NCBI GenBank assembly: GCA_965263355.1
Contig: CBDHHL010000032.1
Location: forward strand, 2,496,001 to 2,560,000
Direction: 5' to 3'
From: Leptolyngbyaceae cyanobacterium
GTDB taxonomy: Bacteria > Cyanobacteriota > Cyanobacteriia > Phormidesmidales > Phormidesmidaceae
Length of the DNA stretch: 64,000 bases
Every line of letters starts with the position of its first letter. Within the stretch, counting starts at the first letter, position 1. The notes below the pieces were generated by a model that was given only the letters and a program-made list of their open reading frames with translations, was not told where the DNA came from and did not search any database. The position numbers were made by a program, and so were the translations under genes. Shown piece after piece: positions 1 through 10,384 of this stretch.

Positions 1-1125
1 TTTCGAGATAACCATGCCTGGTGTCCCTATTGCCAAAAGGTATGGCTGTGGCTAGAGGAAAAGCAGATTCCCTACCGCATCGAAAAAGTGACGATGTTTT
101 GCTACGGGCAGAAAGAAGCCTGGTACAAAAGAAAAGTGCCCTCAGGCATGCTACCAGCAGTAGAACTAGATGGGCAGCTGATTACCGAAAGCGATGATAT
201 TCTGATTGCCCTGGAACAGGCGTTTGGACCATTAACGCTCAGTATGTTAGCGCCCACAGCCATCCCCCTACGACGGTTGGAAAGACTATTATTCCGTGCC
301 TGGTGTAGCTGGCTATGTCAGCCGGTGCGCTCTGCCCGACAAGAACAGTTTAATCGTGAGCAGTTTGTTGCCGTAGTTGCCAAGGTAGAAGAAGCCCTAG
401 CTGCCACACCTGGGCCTTACTTCCTGGAGGAATTCAGCGTCGTAGACCTGGTATTTACCCCCTATGTAGAACGGATGAATGCCAGTTTGTTTTACTATAA
501 AGGTTACTCTATGCGAGAGGAGAACCCTGGTTTTGCTGCCTGGTTTGAGGCGATGGAAACTCGCCCTACCTATCGTGGTACCCAGAGTGATTTTCATACC
601 CATGTCCATGACCTACCCCCCCAAATGGGCGGCTGTTGGGAAAATGGTGAACCCCAGGCCAGGGCAAACCAACAACAGGTGGATCAGGGACCCTGGTTAG
701 GACTGCCGGATGTGGGCTATTCTGAACCAGAAAGTTCTCGGATGGAGGCCCTGCATAGGGTTCTGAAACATCGTAACAACATTATTCGGGTGAACCCCAT
801 CGACGATCAAATATTTGATCAAGCCCTGCGTTGTGCTCTGACAAATTTGATGACGGGTAACCCCTGTGAACCCCCCAAGGGAAGCGATAGTGGTCTGCGT
901 TATTTGCGAGATCGAATAAATGTTCCCCGTGATATGTCGATTTATGCAGGCAAACGGTTACGGATGGCATTGGAAGACACGGCTGTACTCGTGGGTGATA
1001 CTCAAGGACCAGAGATTCCAGTGCGTAATCGATATGATCAAAACCCAGCAGAGTTTGTACCAAAGCAGAGTATTGATGAGGGTACTACAAATTTGCCATT
1101 TGGATTGAACTGGTTTAAGCGATAG
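1..1125 (+). CDS. Glutathione S-transferase family protein (5' end outside window)
   Basis: Frame is open from base 1: [30 protein letters not shown]. Thioredoxin-like [19 protein letters not shown] (GST N-domain) and a GST C-terminal helical domain. Confidence 0.9.
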   Translation, partial: FRDNHAWCPYCQKVWLWLEEKQIPYRIEKVTMFCYGQKEAWYKRKVPSGMLPAVELDGQLITESDDILIALEQAFGPLTLSMLAPTAIPLRRLERLLFRAWCSWLCQPVRSARQEQFNREQFVAVVAKVEEALAATPGPYFLEEFSVVDLVFTPYVERMNASLFYYKGYSMREENPGFAAWFEAMETRPTYRGTQSDFHTHVHDLPPQMGGCWENGEPQARANQQQVDQGPWLGLPDVGYSEPESSRMEALHRVLKHRNNIIRVNPIDDQIFDQALRCALTNLMTGNPCEPPKGSDSGLRYLRDRINVPRDMSIYAGKRLRMALEDTAVLVGDTQGPEIPVRNRYDQNPAEFVPKQSIDEGTTNLPFGLNWFKR

Positions 1126-1172
1126 CTATCGCTTAAACCAGTTGAGATAAATACATTCTCAGGTGGTGTAAA

Positions 1173-2150
1173 TTATGTTTGAGTGCTAGCACCGATAACA
1201 GTATTGGCAACAAATTCTTTCTGAGGTGGAGCAAGGATAGAGAGACATATCCCTATCAAGATAATGCCAAAGGCAACCCAGTTTAGCCAAGTTAGTTGCT
1301 CATTAAAAGCGGCCATGGCTAAAACAGCTGAGATGACTGGAACTAATAACAAACAGGTGGAAACTAGGGCAACAGAAAAAACTTCAAGACAGTAAGTTAG
1401 TAACCCCTGTCCTAAGACCTGTGCGGTGACCCCTAGCAATATGACTGTGACCCATCCAGTCAACGTGTGTGGGAAGGGTAACTCATGCAAAAATCCTAAG
1501 ATAATGAGGGTAAACAGGCTACCAATCAAACTGGTGCGTAGCATAATCCACGATGTGTCAAACCGCTTTCGTAACTGTCCGATAATCAAGATATTAGCGG
1601 CCACTAAAACTGCGGATCCTAACGCCGCGCCATCTCCGATAAAGCCACTAGCCAGTTGTAAATCTTCTGCACCAATAATGATCACGCCTAGGATGGCAAT
1701 ACCCAAACCCAATAGAAATTGGTAGCTAAATGTTTCTTGAAAGAGTAGCCAGGCTCCCAATGTTGTGAATAGGGGCACCATATTATCGAGCAGTGTCGCG
1801 TTTGCAACACTTGTTTGAGTTAAAGACCAAGCCCAGAGGATTAAAGAACCGGCAAAAGCTAATCCAGATACTATTAGTAGGGCAGTATCCAATGGATTCA
1901 ATGCTATTATCTTTGGTTCATTGGACTCAGCTGGCTTTGTTTTAAGAATCTGTTGACCGCCGTTCCAAAGTAAGAAAATTAATGTGCCAATCAGTAGCCG
2001 ATCAAAGGTGGCTGCATAGGGACTGATTTCTCTCTCGGCAATAACGATTAATATGGGCGCACAGCCTAGACCGATAAGGGCACCGGTAAGGGCACTTACC
2101 TTCGTAAGTAGTGAGGTATTGGACATAATGGTATTGGAAGGTAAGTGCAT
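1173..2150 (-). CDS. DMT/EamA family transporter
   Basis: About 10 hydrophobic helices in two EamA-like halves (TSVANATLL..P, GQGLL..). True start may be the ATG at 2126. Confidence 0.88.
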   Translation of the reverse strand: MHLPSNTIMSNTSLLTKVSALTGALIGLGCAPILIVIAEREISPYAATFDRLLIGTLIFLLWNGGQQILKTKPAESNEPKIIALNPLDTALLIVSGLAFAGSLILWAWSLTQTSVANATLLDNMVPLFTTLGAWLLFQETFSYQFLLGLGIAILGVIIIGAEDLQLASGFIGDGAALGSAVLVAANILIIGQLRKRFDTSWIMLRTSLIGSLFTLIILGFLHELPFPHTLTGWVTVILLGVTAQVLGQGLLTYCLEVFSVALVSTCLLLVPVISAVLAMAAFNEQLTWLNWVAFGIILIGICLSILAPPQKEFVANTVIGASTQT

Positions 2151-2180
2151 ATTTGTACAAAAAACTGTAAATAAACGGTA

Positions 2181-3272
2181 TTAGGCGGCTACCATGACAG
2201 GAAAGGTCTCTTGCACGGCTGGATGAACAATTTTTCCATGGGCTACATTTAATCCATGGGCCAGGGCTGTGTCTTTTACCAAAGCGTCTTGCCCATAGTC
2301 AGCCAGTTTGAGCACATAGGGGAGGGTGCTGTTATTCAATGCTTGGGTAGCTGTCCAGGGGGCGGCCCCTGGCATATTGGGGACACCAAAGTGAACAACA
2401 CCTGATTCAACGTAGGTGGGTTGGGTGTGGGATGTGGGTCGCAAGGTTTCAATACAGCCACCCTGATCAACAGCCACGTCAATAATGACTGAGCCGGGGT
2501 GCATTTTGGCAACTAGCGTTTTGTTGACCAATGTTGGTGCTTTACGCCCTGGCATCAGTACAGCACCAATCAGTAAATCAGCGTTGGGAACAACTCGTTC
2601 AATCTGAGCTGAGGTGCTGTAAAGTAATTCCACACGAGAGCCGAATAGGGTTTCCAGGTAAGAAAGCCGATCAATATTAATGTCTAAAATCTGTACCTGG
2701 GCTCCCATGCCTATGGCAATGCGGGCAGCCTCTGTGCCGACAATGCCACCCCCTAGGATCACCACACGGCCTGGCTGTACACCGGGAACTCCGCCAAGCA
2801 GAACACCCCGCCCCCCCTGTTGCTTTTCTAGATAACGAGCCCCAAACTGTACGGCTAATCGACCGGCAATGATACTCATGGGGGTGAGCAAGGGAAGTTT
2901 GCCATCGGCGGTCATGACGGTTTCGTATGCGATCGCACTCACCCCACTGGCCATTAACGCCTCAGTCAATTGAGGTTCCGCCGCTAAATGCAAATAGGTA
3001 AACAGCAGTAAATCCTCACGAAAATGCGTATACTCTGAAGGCTGAGGTTCTTTAACCTTGACCACCATATCCTGGGACCATGCCATGGTCGGAGCCGACA
3101 CCAGCGTTGCGCCAGCTGCTGCATAATCTGCATTAGAAAATCCAGCTCCATGGCCTGCATTTTCCTCCACGACAACCTGATGCCCCTTTTGGCACAGTAC
3201 TTGAACACTGGCAGGCGTTAACCCAACTCGAAATTCTTGATCCTTGATCTCTTTGGGCAGTCCAATTCTCAT
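2181..3272 (-). CDS. ald: Alanine dehydrogenase
   Basis: [37 protein letters not shown] site, [19 protein letters not shown]; Shine-Dalgarno GGAGG upstream. Confidence 0.97.
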   Translation of the reverse strand: MRIGLPKEIKDQEFRVGLTPASVQVLCQKGHQVVVEENAGHGAGFSNADYAAAGATLVSAPTMAWSQDMVVKVKEPQPSEYTHFREDLLLFTYLHLAAEPQLTEALMASGVSAIAYETVMTADGKLPLLTPMSIIAGRLAVQFGARYLEKQQGGRGVLLGGVPGVQPGRVVILGGGIVGTEAARIAIGMGAQVQILDINIDRLSYLETLFGSRVELLYSTSAQIERVVPNADLLIGAVLMPGRKAPTLVNKTLVAKMHPGSVIIDVAVDQGGCIETLRPTSHTQPTYVESGVVHFGVPNMPGAAPWTATQALNNSTLPYVLKLADYGQDALVKDTALAHGLNVAHGKIVHPAVQETFPVMVAA

Positions 3273-3491
3273 GACAAATTAACCTCCTATGGGTTCAAGA
3301 TGTGTCTTATTTAAACCTTGTCCAAATCCAGTACTAAAGTTTTTTCCGTAGAAGAGCCTATCGGTTTTAACTTGGACTTGGTTTATGTTGTTGCAGTACT
3401 TTTTGAATGAGATGAGGTGGGAATGTGGGGAAAACCACCTGCTCTCATCCAACGTTTATGTTTTGAACGTTAACACTAATGCTGATAATTG

Positions 3492-3517
3492 ATCAATAGA
3501 GTTTGTCGTCTATTGAT
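3492..3517. promoter_or_regulatory. Perfect 9-bp inverted repeat, candidate operator upstream of ald
   Basis: ATCAATAGA-N8-TCTATTGAT; a further ATCAATA at 3534-3540. Confidence 0.4.
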
Positions 3518-3541
3518 ACAAATAGTAAAAAACATCAATAA

Positions 3542-3583
3542 GTAGATTATGATACAAAAACTGCAACGATCGCTTGCTAACAT
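3542..3583 (+). promoter_or_regulatory. NtcA-activated promoter (GTA-N8-TAC-N22-TAN3T)
   Basis: GTAgattatgaTAC at 3542-3555, exactly 22 nt, then TAACAT at 3578-3583. Confidence 0.65.
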
Positions 3584-4007
3584 TACAGTATTGAAGACTT
3601 GCTGCATAGGCCTTAAAAGATGTTGGTGTTATCTATCTACTTTTCATCTCTGAGCCCATGTCATGAGCCCTCCAACTTAAATACCAAGGAGGGACGGCTT
3701 CATAAGCACTTGCTCAAATGGAACGGTGTGGGTTCTCCTTACGCCGAGGTGCTTGTGTAAGCTTATATGACGGTTTAGATGCCCTTAATTTTTAGGAGCT
3801 TGGTCAAATTGTGCTGACCAGTTAGAAAAGTTTTGTTCCTAATGCAATACGTTTCACGATAATCTTCGTGAAGAGACTTTGGGTATTTCTGAGATAGTAC
3901 TGAAATTGTAGGTCTTACCAGAGTTGATGCTGTGCTGATGTCAGCATCCTAAAGATTTTTGTTCTTATTTGTTGATGTTTCTACCCATTTCTAGGTGATT
4001 CATCTAG

Positions 4008-4253
4008 GGGTATTGACCTAAGCTCGGAAATTTCGGCTAGTGGTCTGTCAAGCCTAAGATTTCGAATAAGACGGGTAAAGAGTAAAGAGTCTAAAGGGAT
4101 GAAGGGTAATTCTCTATAAGTGACTCTTTATGCCTCTTTATCAGTAACCAATCCAGAATCCTAGCTTTGACGCTGCACCAGGTCAGAATTCAGAATTCGA
4201 ACGTCAGAATTCGTAAGGGGAGCGAATTCCGAACTCCGAATTCCGTATTCCGT
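4008..4253. repeat. Palindromic repeat element with AATTC(A/C)G heptamer-like units, interrupted by a MITE-like insert
   Basis: GGGTATTGACCTAAGC...CGGCTAG followed (after the insert) by GTCAGAATTCAGAATTCG...CGAATTCCGAACTCCGAATTCC. A related copy lies at 6003-6065. Confidence 0.6.
4037..4181. mobile_element. MITE-like element (~145 bp, non-coding)
   Basis: Imperfect terminal inverted repeats: CTAGTGGTCTGTCAAGCCTAAGATT versus reverse complement of the right end CTGGTGCAGCGTCAAAGCTAGGATT. It sits at a CTAG that is uninterrupted in the 6003-6065 copy. Confidence 0.6.
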
Positions 4254-4370
4254 AGAGCTTTGCCCTTCTCGCAGAGTGCTCTACACTATTGCGGCAATCA
4301 TCCCACTTTACGGTGATGCCCGATACTCATACCAACGGCGTTACTACACTATCAGGAGTGATTATTCTCT

Positions 4371-5150
4371 ATGGCACCATCTCTAAACGATCAATGCGTT
4401 CTGATCACAGGCGCGAGCAGTGGCATTGGTCAATCCTGTGCCCGATTCTTTGCCCAGGCAGGGGCCCGACTTATTCTGGCTGCCCGCCGTAAGGACAAAC
4501 TGCAAACATTGTCAGATGAGTTGCAAACGCATTATCAAACTCAGACATTATTGCTTTGCATAGATGTCCAAGATTTCCAGGCGGTTACAACTGCCATCGA
4601 AGGATTGCCCGCAGAGTGGAAGGCCATTGATGTGTTGATTAACAATGCTGGTCTGAGTCGTGGTCTGGACAAACAATATGAATCCCCTATCCAAGATTGG
4701 GAAGAAATGATTGACACCAATATAAAAGGTCTGCTGTATGTGACCCGTGCCGTTGTTCCGGGAATGGTGGCGCGCGGGCGAGGGCATGTGGTCAATATTG
4801 GCTCGATTGCAGCCAGACAAACCTACACGGGGGGGAGTGTTTACTGTGCCACCAAAGCAGCGGTAAAGTCCTTGTCTGAAGGCCTAAAAATCGATCTGTT
4901 GGGGACTCCAGTACGGGTAACCAACATCGAGCCAGGGTTGGTAGAGACAGAATTTAGCAATGTGCGGTTCCGGGGCGATGATGACAAGGCCAACTCGGTC
5001 TATACCGGGATGACGCCCCTCACCCCAGACGATATTGCTGAAACCATTTTGTTTGCCGTCACCCGCCCTACCCACGTCAATATCAGCGAAATTTTTGTCA
5101 TGCCCACCGATCAATCGTCGGTTACCCATGTTCACAGGAGAACGGTCTGA
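4371..5150 (+). CDS. NADP-dependent short-chain dehydrogenase, YdfG/IsfD-like (candidate sulfoacetaldehyde or malonate-semialdehyde reductase)
   Basis: TGASSGIG, ARR (NADP), INNAG, YCATK, IEPGLVETEFS.VRFRGD, typical of the YdfG subfamily. Confidence 0.88.
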   Translation: MAPSLNDQCVLITGASSGIGQSCARFFAQAGARLILAARRKDKLQTLSDELQTHYQTQTLLLCIDVQDFQAVTTAIEGLPAEWKAIDVLINNAGLSRGLDKQYESPIQDWEEMIDTNIKGLLYVTRAVVPGMVARGRGHVVNIGSIAARQTYTGGSVYCATKAAVKSLSEGLKIDLLGTPVRVTNIEPGLVETEFSNVRFRGDDDKANSVYTGMTPLTPDDIAETILFAVTRPTHVNISEIFVMPTDQSSVTHVHRRTV

Positions 5151-5152
5151 CG

Positions 5153-5875
5153 ATGGAACTAATCATTGTCATCACTACGTTTGTAGCGGCCTTTGTTCAG
5201 GGTGTATCAGGCTTTGGGTTTGCCCTGGTGGCGATGCCAATTTTGTCTGGCTTAACCAGTATCCAAGCGGCAGCTCCCCTGGTGGCACTTACAACATTAA
5301 CCAATAACCTCATCCTGTGTATCTACTACCGTCAATCCTTTGACCAAAATGTTGTCAGAAATTTGTTGCTAGGAGCGATATTAGGGATTCCCGTCGGTTT
5401 TCTGGCCTTAAATTATCTTCCTACAGCGTTGATGCTAATCACCTTAGGCATCCTCATCGTCACCTATTCGCTGTATTCCTTAGTCAGTCCAGTAGTGCCT
5501 GTTCTAAAGTCTAAACTGTGGGCCTATGGTGCCGGATTCTCGTCAGGAATTTTGTTGGGCTGTTTTAATCTGCCTGGACCACCAATCATTCTCTATGGCA
5601 GTAGTCAACGGTGGTCTCAGGAAAGGTTTAAGGGTAACCTCAGCAGCTTTTTTTGGATAAGTGTCGCCATTGTCGTTGTAGGCCATGGCTTACAGCAACG
5701 GATTTCAGTGGATATTGTGCGTCAGTTCTTAATTGCTGTTCCTAGTTTAATGCTGGGATTATGCTTGGGTGTTGTCCTAGCTAAGAAGTTTAATCCTAAT
5801 GTTTTTCGAAAAATCGTCACTGTTTTATTGTCGATAGTTGGCGTAAGGCTGATTATTTCTGGGATTTATCTATAG
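5153..5875 (+). CDS. TauE/SafE (DUF81) sulfite/sulfonate exporter
   Basis: AFVQGVSGFGFALVAMP, GPP in the second half, about 8 TM helices; starts 2 bp after the SDR stop. Confidence 0.88.
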   Translation: MELIIVITTFVAAFVQGVSGFGFALVAMPILSGLTSIQAAAPLVALTTLTNNLILCIYYRQSFDQNVVRNLLLGAILGIPVGFLALNYLPTALMLITLGILIVTYSLYSLVSPVVPVLKSKLWAYGAGFSSGILLGCFNLPGPPIILYGSSQRWSQERFKGNLSSFFWISVAIVVVGHGLQQRISVDIVRQFLIAVPSLMLGLCLGVVLAKKFNPNVFRKIVTVLLSIVGVRLIISGIYL

Positions 5876-6002
5876 CCAGAAAATAATTTTTAGAAACGAT
5901 ACTAATGCCGTTTGAGCAAGGCTTGGGAGTCGTCTTTATTCCCTAAATCTTCTATAGAGACTGATTCAGGATACATAAATAGATGCTCACAATTAATTTC
6001 AA

Positions 6003-6065
6003 AATTCCGAACTCCGAATTCCCAATTCTGAACTAGCCGAAGTTTCCCGGCTTAAGTTGATACCC
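6003..6065. repeat. Second copy of the 4008-4253 repeat family, inverted orientation
   Basis: Its reverse complement matches the left copy (MITE removed) at 50/63 positions by hand alignment. AATTCCGAACTCCGAATTCC is also directly repeated at ~4225. Confidence 0.6.
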
Positions 6066-6382
6066 AATTTTCAACCAGCCCTTAGGGTGCCGTTGACTAG
6101 TTTTTGATGCCATAAAATATAAATATTCTAAGGCTTAATTGTGGTTGTTTAGAGTTAGCTTTTCTTAATAAGAATCTTTTTCTGAATCGTGTGTAAATAT
6201 ACAGAAGAGAGCTTTTGATTACCTTTATTGTTATTAGCAATATTTTAAGGAATTTGCTTTGTAACATAAACCAGTTCCAGTTAAACCCTTGATATTTCAA
6301 GTAGTAAACTACGGGTTTTTAACAGGGACAGGATTTCATTAGCTCTTTAAGAAATGTTCTTTCACTTTAGGGACTATTTTTG

Positions 6383-7771
6383 ATGTTTGCTAGTTTGAGT
6401 CCAGAAAAAACTGATTTGGGAAAGATGGATGCTGAGTCACTTTGGCATTCTCTGGTACAGCACAAACCGTTTTCTCAAAAACCGCCCAAGTGTATGGCAC
6501 GGGGTGTGGGCTGTCATGTGACGGATAGGGACGGTGTGGAATACTTTGACGGTGTTTCCGGGCTGTGGTGTGTGAATGTGGGCTATGGTCGTCAGGAACT
6601 GGCGGAAGTGGCCTATGGGCAGATGGTAGATCTGGCCTACTTTCCGCTCACGTCCATGAGCCATGAGCCAGGGATCCGTTTGGCTCATAAATTGCTAGAG
6701 CTATTGGGCTATGGGGGGAAAGTTTTTTTCTCCACAAGCGGTTCTGAGGCCAATGAAACTGCCTTTAAGATTGCCCGTCAGTACCATGCTCAAACTGCAA
6801 AAGCTGGGTCTGGTCCGCGCTATAAAATTATCTCTCGCTATCGTGGTTACCATGGCCACACCATGGGAGCCTTGAGTGCAACGGCCCAGGCTGAACGCAA
6901 GCTAAAGTATGAGCCGTTGGTGCCGGGGTTCTTCCATGTGAGCCCGCCTTACTATTATCGGTTTGGTGATGGTCAATCGGAAGATGTGTATAATGCGGCC
7001 TGCCTACGAGAGCTGGAACAGACGATTCGCTACGAAGGGGCTGAATCTGTTGCCGCCGTAATCGTAGAGCCCATTATTTCGGGGGGTGGAGTGATTCCGC
7101 CCACTGAGGGGTACTTACGTGGGGTGCGGGAGATTTGCGATCGCACCGGCATCCTGCTTATCTACGACGAAGTCGTCAACGGCTTTGGCCGCACTGGCAA
7201 AATGTTTGGCCATCAACACTGGGGGGTAGAACCCGATATCATTACCTTTGCCAAGGGGCTTACCAGTGGTTATATGCCCCTATCGGCCACGGTGGTAAAG
7301 CAGCCTGTGTTTGAAGCCTTTTTAGATGAGCCTGGGACCGATAGCCATTTTCGCCATATCACCACCTACGGCGGTAGTCCCGTTTGTACAGCCGTTGGCT
7401 TAAGAAGCATCGAAATTTTAGAGAGAGAAAATTTATGTGAGCGAGCGGCTGAAATGGGTGACTATCTCCTGGGTAAATTGCAAAAGCTGTTGGACCATCC
7501 CAACGTGGGAGATGTTAGAGGTAAGGGGGTACTGCTGGGTGTAGAGCTGGTCAAGGACAAGGTCAGTAAGACCCCGTTGGATAGCGATATTGTTGCCTCA
7601 GTTCCCCGTTACTGCCTGGATAAGCAAATTATCATTGGTCGCAATACCAATACGATTCCTGGGTTTACCAATGTGTTGATTATGGCCCCACCGTTGGTGA
7701 TCAGCCGAGAAGAGGCTGACCGTTTGGCAGATACCCTCTGTGATGCTGTTTTTGCTATGCCAAGTTCCTGA
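6383..7771 (+). CDS. Class III PLP omega-aminotransferase, taurine:pyruvate aminotransferase-like
   Basis: WHSLVQHK, SGLWCVNVGYGR, SGSEANE, YHG, DEVVNGFGRTG, PLP lysine in FAKGLTSGY. Confidence 0.88.
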   Translation: MFASLSPEKTDLGKMDAESLWHSLVQHKPFSQKPPKCMARGVGCHVTDRDGVEYFDGVSGLWCVNVGYGRQELAEVAYGQMVDLAYFPLTSMSHEPGIRLAHKLLELLGYGGKVFFSTSGSEANETAFKIARQYHAQTAKAGSGPRYKIISRYRGYHGHTMGALSATAQAERKLKYEPLVPGFFHVSPPYYYRFGDGQSEDVYNAACLRELEQTIRYEGAESVAAVIVEPIISGGGVIPPTEGYLRGVREICDRTGILLIYDEVVNGFGRTGKMFGHQHWGVEPDIITFAKGLTSGYMPLSATVVKQPVFEAFLDEPGTDSHFRHITTYGGSPVCTAVGLRSIEILERENLCERAAEMGDYLLGKLQKLLDHPNVGDVRGKGVLLGVELVKDKVSKTPLDSDIVASVPRYCLDKQIIIGRNTNTIPGFTNVLIMAPPLVISREEADRLADTLCDAVFAMPSS

Positions 7772-7902
7772 TGTTGTCAACAAATTTCAGAGAAGTCTGT
7801 AAAAGACCAGGCTTTGAATAGGTGAAATCCCCTCCCAGGAGGGGAGAACGTATCGAGCTTTGCATTGAGTTCTCATATCTCTCTCATTTGGAGTTAATAT
7901 CC

Positions 7903-9465
7903 ATGAAAAAATCGCTGTTTCGATTGAAACACTATCTCTATGGCCTTGCCTTTTTGCTGATCTTTCTACCCCAGGCTGCCTTCGCCCAGACTGCGTCTGC
8001 CTCGGTTGGATTTTTAGGTGCCCTTGAGGCTGGTGTGCAAGGTGTAGTTGATGTTCTTAACCTGATCTTCTACTTCAAGGTGGGGGGGGAGAATGGCATG
8101 CCCTTTATTGTTCTTTGGTTGGTCATTGGTGCCATTTTCTTCACCTTCCGGCTTAAGTTTATTAATATTCGAGCCTTTAAACATGCCATTGATGTGGTAC
8201 GGGGTAAATACGATAGCGAAGACGATGAAGGAGATGTTTCTCACTTTCAGGCACTGGCCGCAGCCCTGTCTGGAACTGTGGGGATTGGTAATATCGCAGG
8301 GGTTGCGATCGCAATCCGCCTCGGAGGTCCCGGAGCCGCTTTTTGGATGACCATGGCAGGGTTTCTGGGTATGTCGAGTAAATTTGCCGAATGTACCCTC
8401 GGTCAAAAGTATCGCGTAATTAAGCCCGATGGCACTGTGGGGGGTGGCCCAATGTATTATCTCTCCCGTGGGTTGTCGGCCATGGGCATGGCCCCTGTAG
8501 GAAAGGCATTGGCCGTTATTTTTGCGGTCATGTGTGCCATTGGGAGTTTGGGCATCGGCAACATGTTCCAGGCAAACCAGGCTTTTGCTGCTGTCTCCAA
8601 TGTGTTACCCTTTCTCACTAACGTGAGCTGGCTGTTTGGCATTTTCTTGGCATTAATTGTTGGTCTAGTCATCCTGGGTGGCATTGAACGCATTGGTGCC
8701 GTGGCCGGTGTGCTAGTCCCTTTCATGGCAGTGATCTATGCCTTAGCCTGTTTCTGGGTGATGTTGGTAAAACTGCCCCAGGTCCCTGGTGCGATCGGGA
8801 CCATTATTGCCACAGCCTTTAGCCCAGAAGCAGTGGCAGGCGGAGCCATTGGGGCCTTGGTAATTGGCTTTCAGCGGGCCGCATTCTCCAATGAAGCCGG
8901 TTTGGGCTCAGCGGCCATTGCCCATTCAGCAGCTAAAACAGATGAACCCATCCGAGAAGGAATTGTTGCTCTGTTAGAGCCCTTTATTGACACCATGTTT
9001 ATCTGTAATTTAACGGCTATTGTGATTGTTCTCACCGGAGTTTATGCCGATCCGACAGCTGCCGATCTCAATGGAGCCCAGCTATCGGCAGCCTCGTTTG
9101 AGACAGTCATTAGCTGGTTTCCCTATGTGATTGCGGTTGCCGGATTTTTGTTCGCACTGTCGACTATGATTTCATGGAGCTATTATGGGCAACAGTCCTG
9201 GGCGTTTCTCTTTGGGGAAAGTACGACAAGCATCTACAAGGGCATTTTTCTATTTTGTGTGTTTGTAGGGGCAGTGGTTAACCTGGGGCCCGTCCTCGAT
9301 TTTAGTGACATTATGGCCCTGGCCATGTCACTCCCCAATCTGTTGGGCTGCTTCCTAATGTCTGGCCTGATTGCTAGAGAGTTGAACAGCTATATGGCCC
9401 GTCTGAACTCAGGAGAAATGTTGCCAAACACTCAAGTGATTCAAGAAACTATTTTGCGGAGGTAG
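7903..9465 (+). CDS. Alanine/glycine:cation symporter (AGCS family)
   Basis: ALSGTVGIGNIAGVA, GGPGA.FWM, GGPMYY, FSNEAGLGS, EPFIDT, WSYYG. ATG 7903 preferred over GTG 7822. Confidence 0.93.
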   Translation: MKKSLFRLKHYLYGLAFLLIFLPQAAFAQTASASVGFLGALEAGVQGVVDVLNLIFYFKVGGENGMPFIVLWLVIGAIFFTFRLKFINIRAFKHAIDVVRGKYDSEDDEGDVSHFQALAAALSGTVGIGNIAGVAIAIRLGGPGAAFWMTMAGFLGMSSKFAECTLGQKYRVIKPDGTVGGGPMYYLSRGLSAMGMAPVGKALAVIFAVMCAIGSLGIGNMFQANQAFAAVSNVLPFLTNVSWLFGIFLALIVGLVILGGIERIGAVAGVLVPFMAVIYALACFWVMLVKLPQVPGAIGTIIATAFSPEAVAGGAIGALVIGFQRAAFSNEAGLGSAAIAHSAAKTDEPIREGIVALLEPFIDTMFICNLTAIVIVLTGVYADPTAADLNGAQLSAASFETVISWFPYVIAVAGFLFALSTMISWSYYGQQSWAFLFGESTTSIYKGIFLFCVFVGAVVNLGPVLDFSDIMALAMSLPNLLGCFLMSGLIARELNSYMARLNSGEMLPNTQVIQETILRR

Positions 9466-9470
9466 CTGAG

Positions 9471-9896
9471 ATGAGTTGGCTTAAACGAAAATCCGTTCTT
9501 ATTCCCATTGATTTTTCTGAACAGTCTTACCAGGCCCTGGCTCCTGCCCAAGAACTTGTTGAAGATAGTTCATCCTTAAAACTCATCCATGTGCTTGCAC
9601 CATTGCACCCGGCTGATCCTGCTGCCATGTGGGATACAATCAATGATGAGGATCGCAAACAAAAGGTGCGCCTCTTTACCCAAGATAAGCTTCGCGAAAT
9701 GGGATATGGCAATATTCACATTGAGGTGGTTATTGGTGACACGACGTCCAAAATTGTAGACTATGCCCAAGAAACAGATGCTGACTTAATTGTTATGACA
9801 TCCCATGGGCGCAAAGGTGTGGGTCGTTTTCTAATTGGTTCCATAGCAGAGCAGGTGGTACGTTTGTCTCACTGTCCAGTGTTGATTCTTAAGTAA
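9471..9896 (+). CDS. Universal stress protein
   Basis: VLIPIDFSE, DLIVMTSHGRKG...GSIAEQVVRLSHCPVL. Confidence 0.93.
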   Translation: MSWLKRKSVLIPIDFSEQSYQALAPAQELVEDSSSLKLIHVLAPLHPADPAAMWDTINDEDRKQKVRLFTQDKLREMGYGNIHIEVVIGDTTSKIVDYAQETDADLIVMTSHGRKGVGRFLIGSIAEQVVRLSHCPVLILK

Positions 9897-9927
9897 GTTG
9901 AGCCGCACCATACAACTTGTTCAATGT

Positions 9928-9965
9928 AAAGGGTAACCCTCTAGAAAAGTAGGGTTACCTTTTTC
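9928..9965 (+). terminator. Intrinsic terminator after the aminotransferase-AGCS-usp genes
   Basis: GGTAACCCT-loop-AGGGTTACC followed by a T run. Confidence 0.7.
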
Positions 9966-10384
9966 TTTGGGTTGGGGCCTAAATGTAGCTCGTAAGTATC
10001 CCTAACTCGCCCAGAGTCACTCACCCAGTTGGGCGGTTATATTTTTATTGATTCCAGTTATTTTGTATATCCAGAGTAAGACGTATAAAGAGTAAGACTT
10101 TGATTAGTCTAATACTGAACTAAAGGAGGTGTCCCACTAAGGTTTGACAATCATCTACCTGTAGAAGCGACGAAATCGTTTAAATTTAGCAAGCTTAACC
10201 TGATGCTCTGCCAATCTTAAAATCTAAGCTTGAAGGTGCAATAGGTGCTTTGTGTAAACCTTGTCCACATCCAGACCTGGACGTTTGCCATAGGGAAAAT
10301 CCAGGTTGACCCTTGAATGTGACATGTGTCTACCTGATTTTCCGTTTTTTGATCCTGATTTTTTGTTAAGTCATATTTATAGCC

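Noticed and set aside
4182..4253. Short GAATTC-rich repeats as a CRISPR array or tRNA
   Set aside because: Heptamer-like palindromic repeat with no unique spacers and no cloverleaf.
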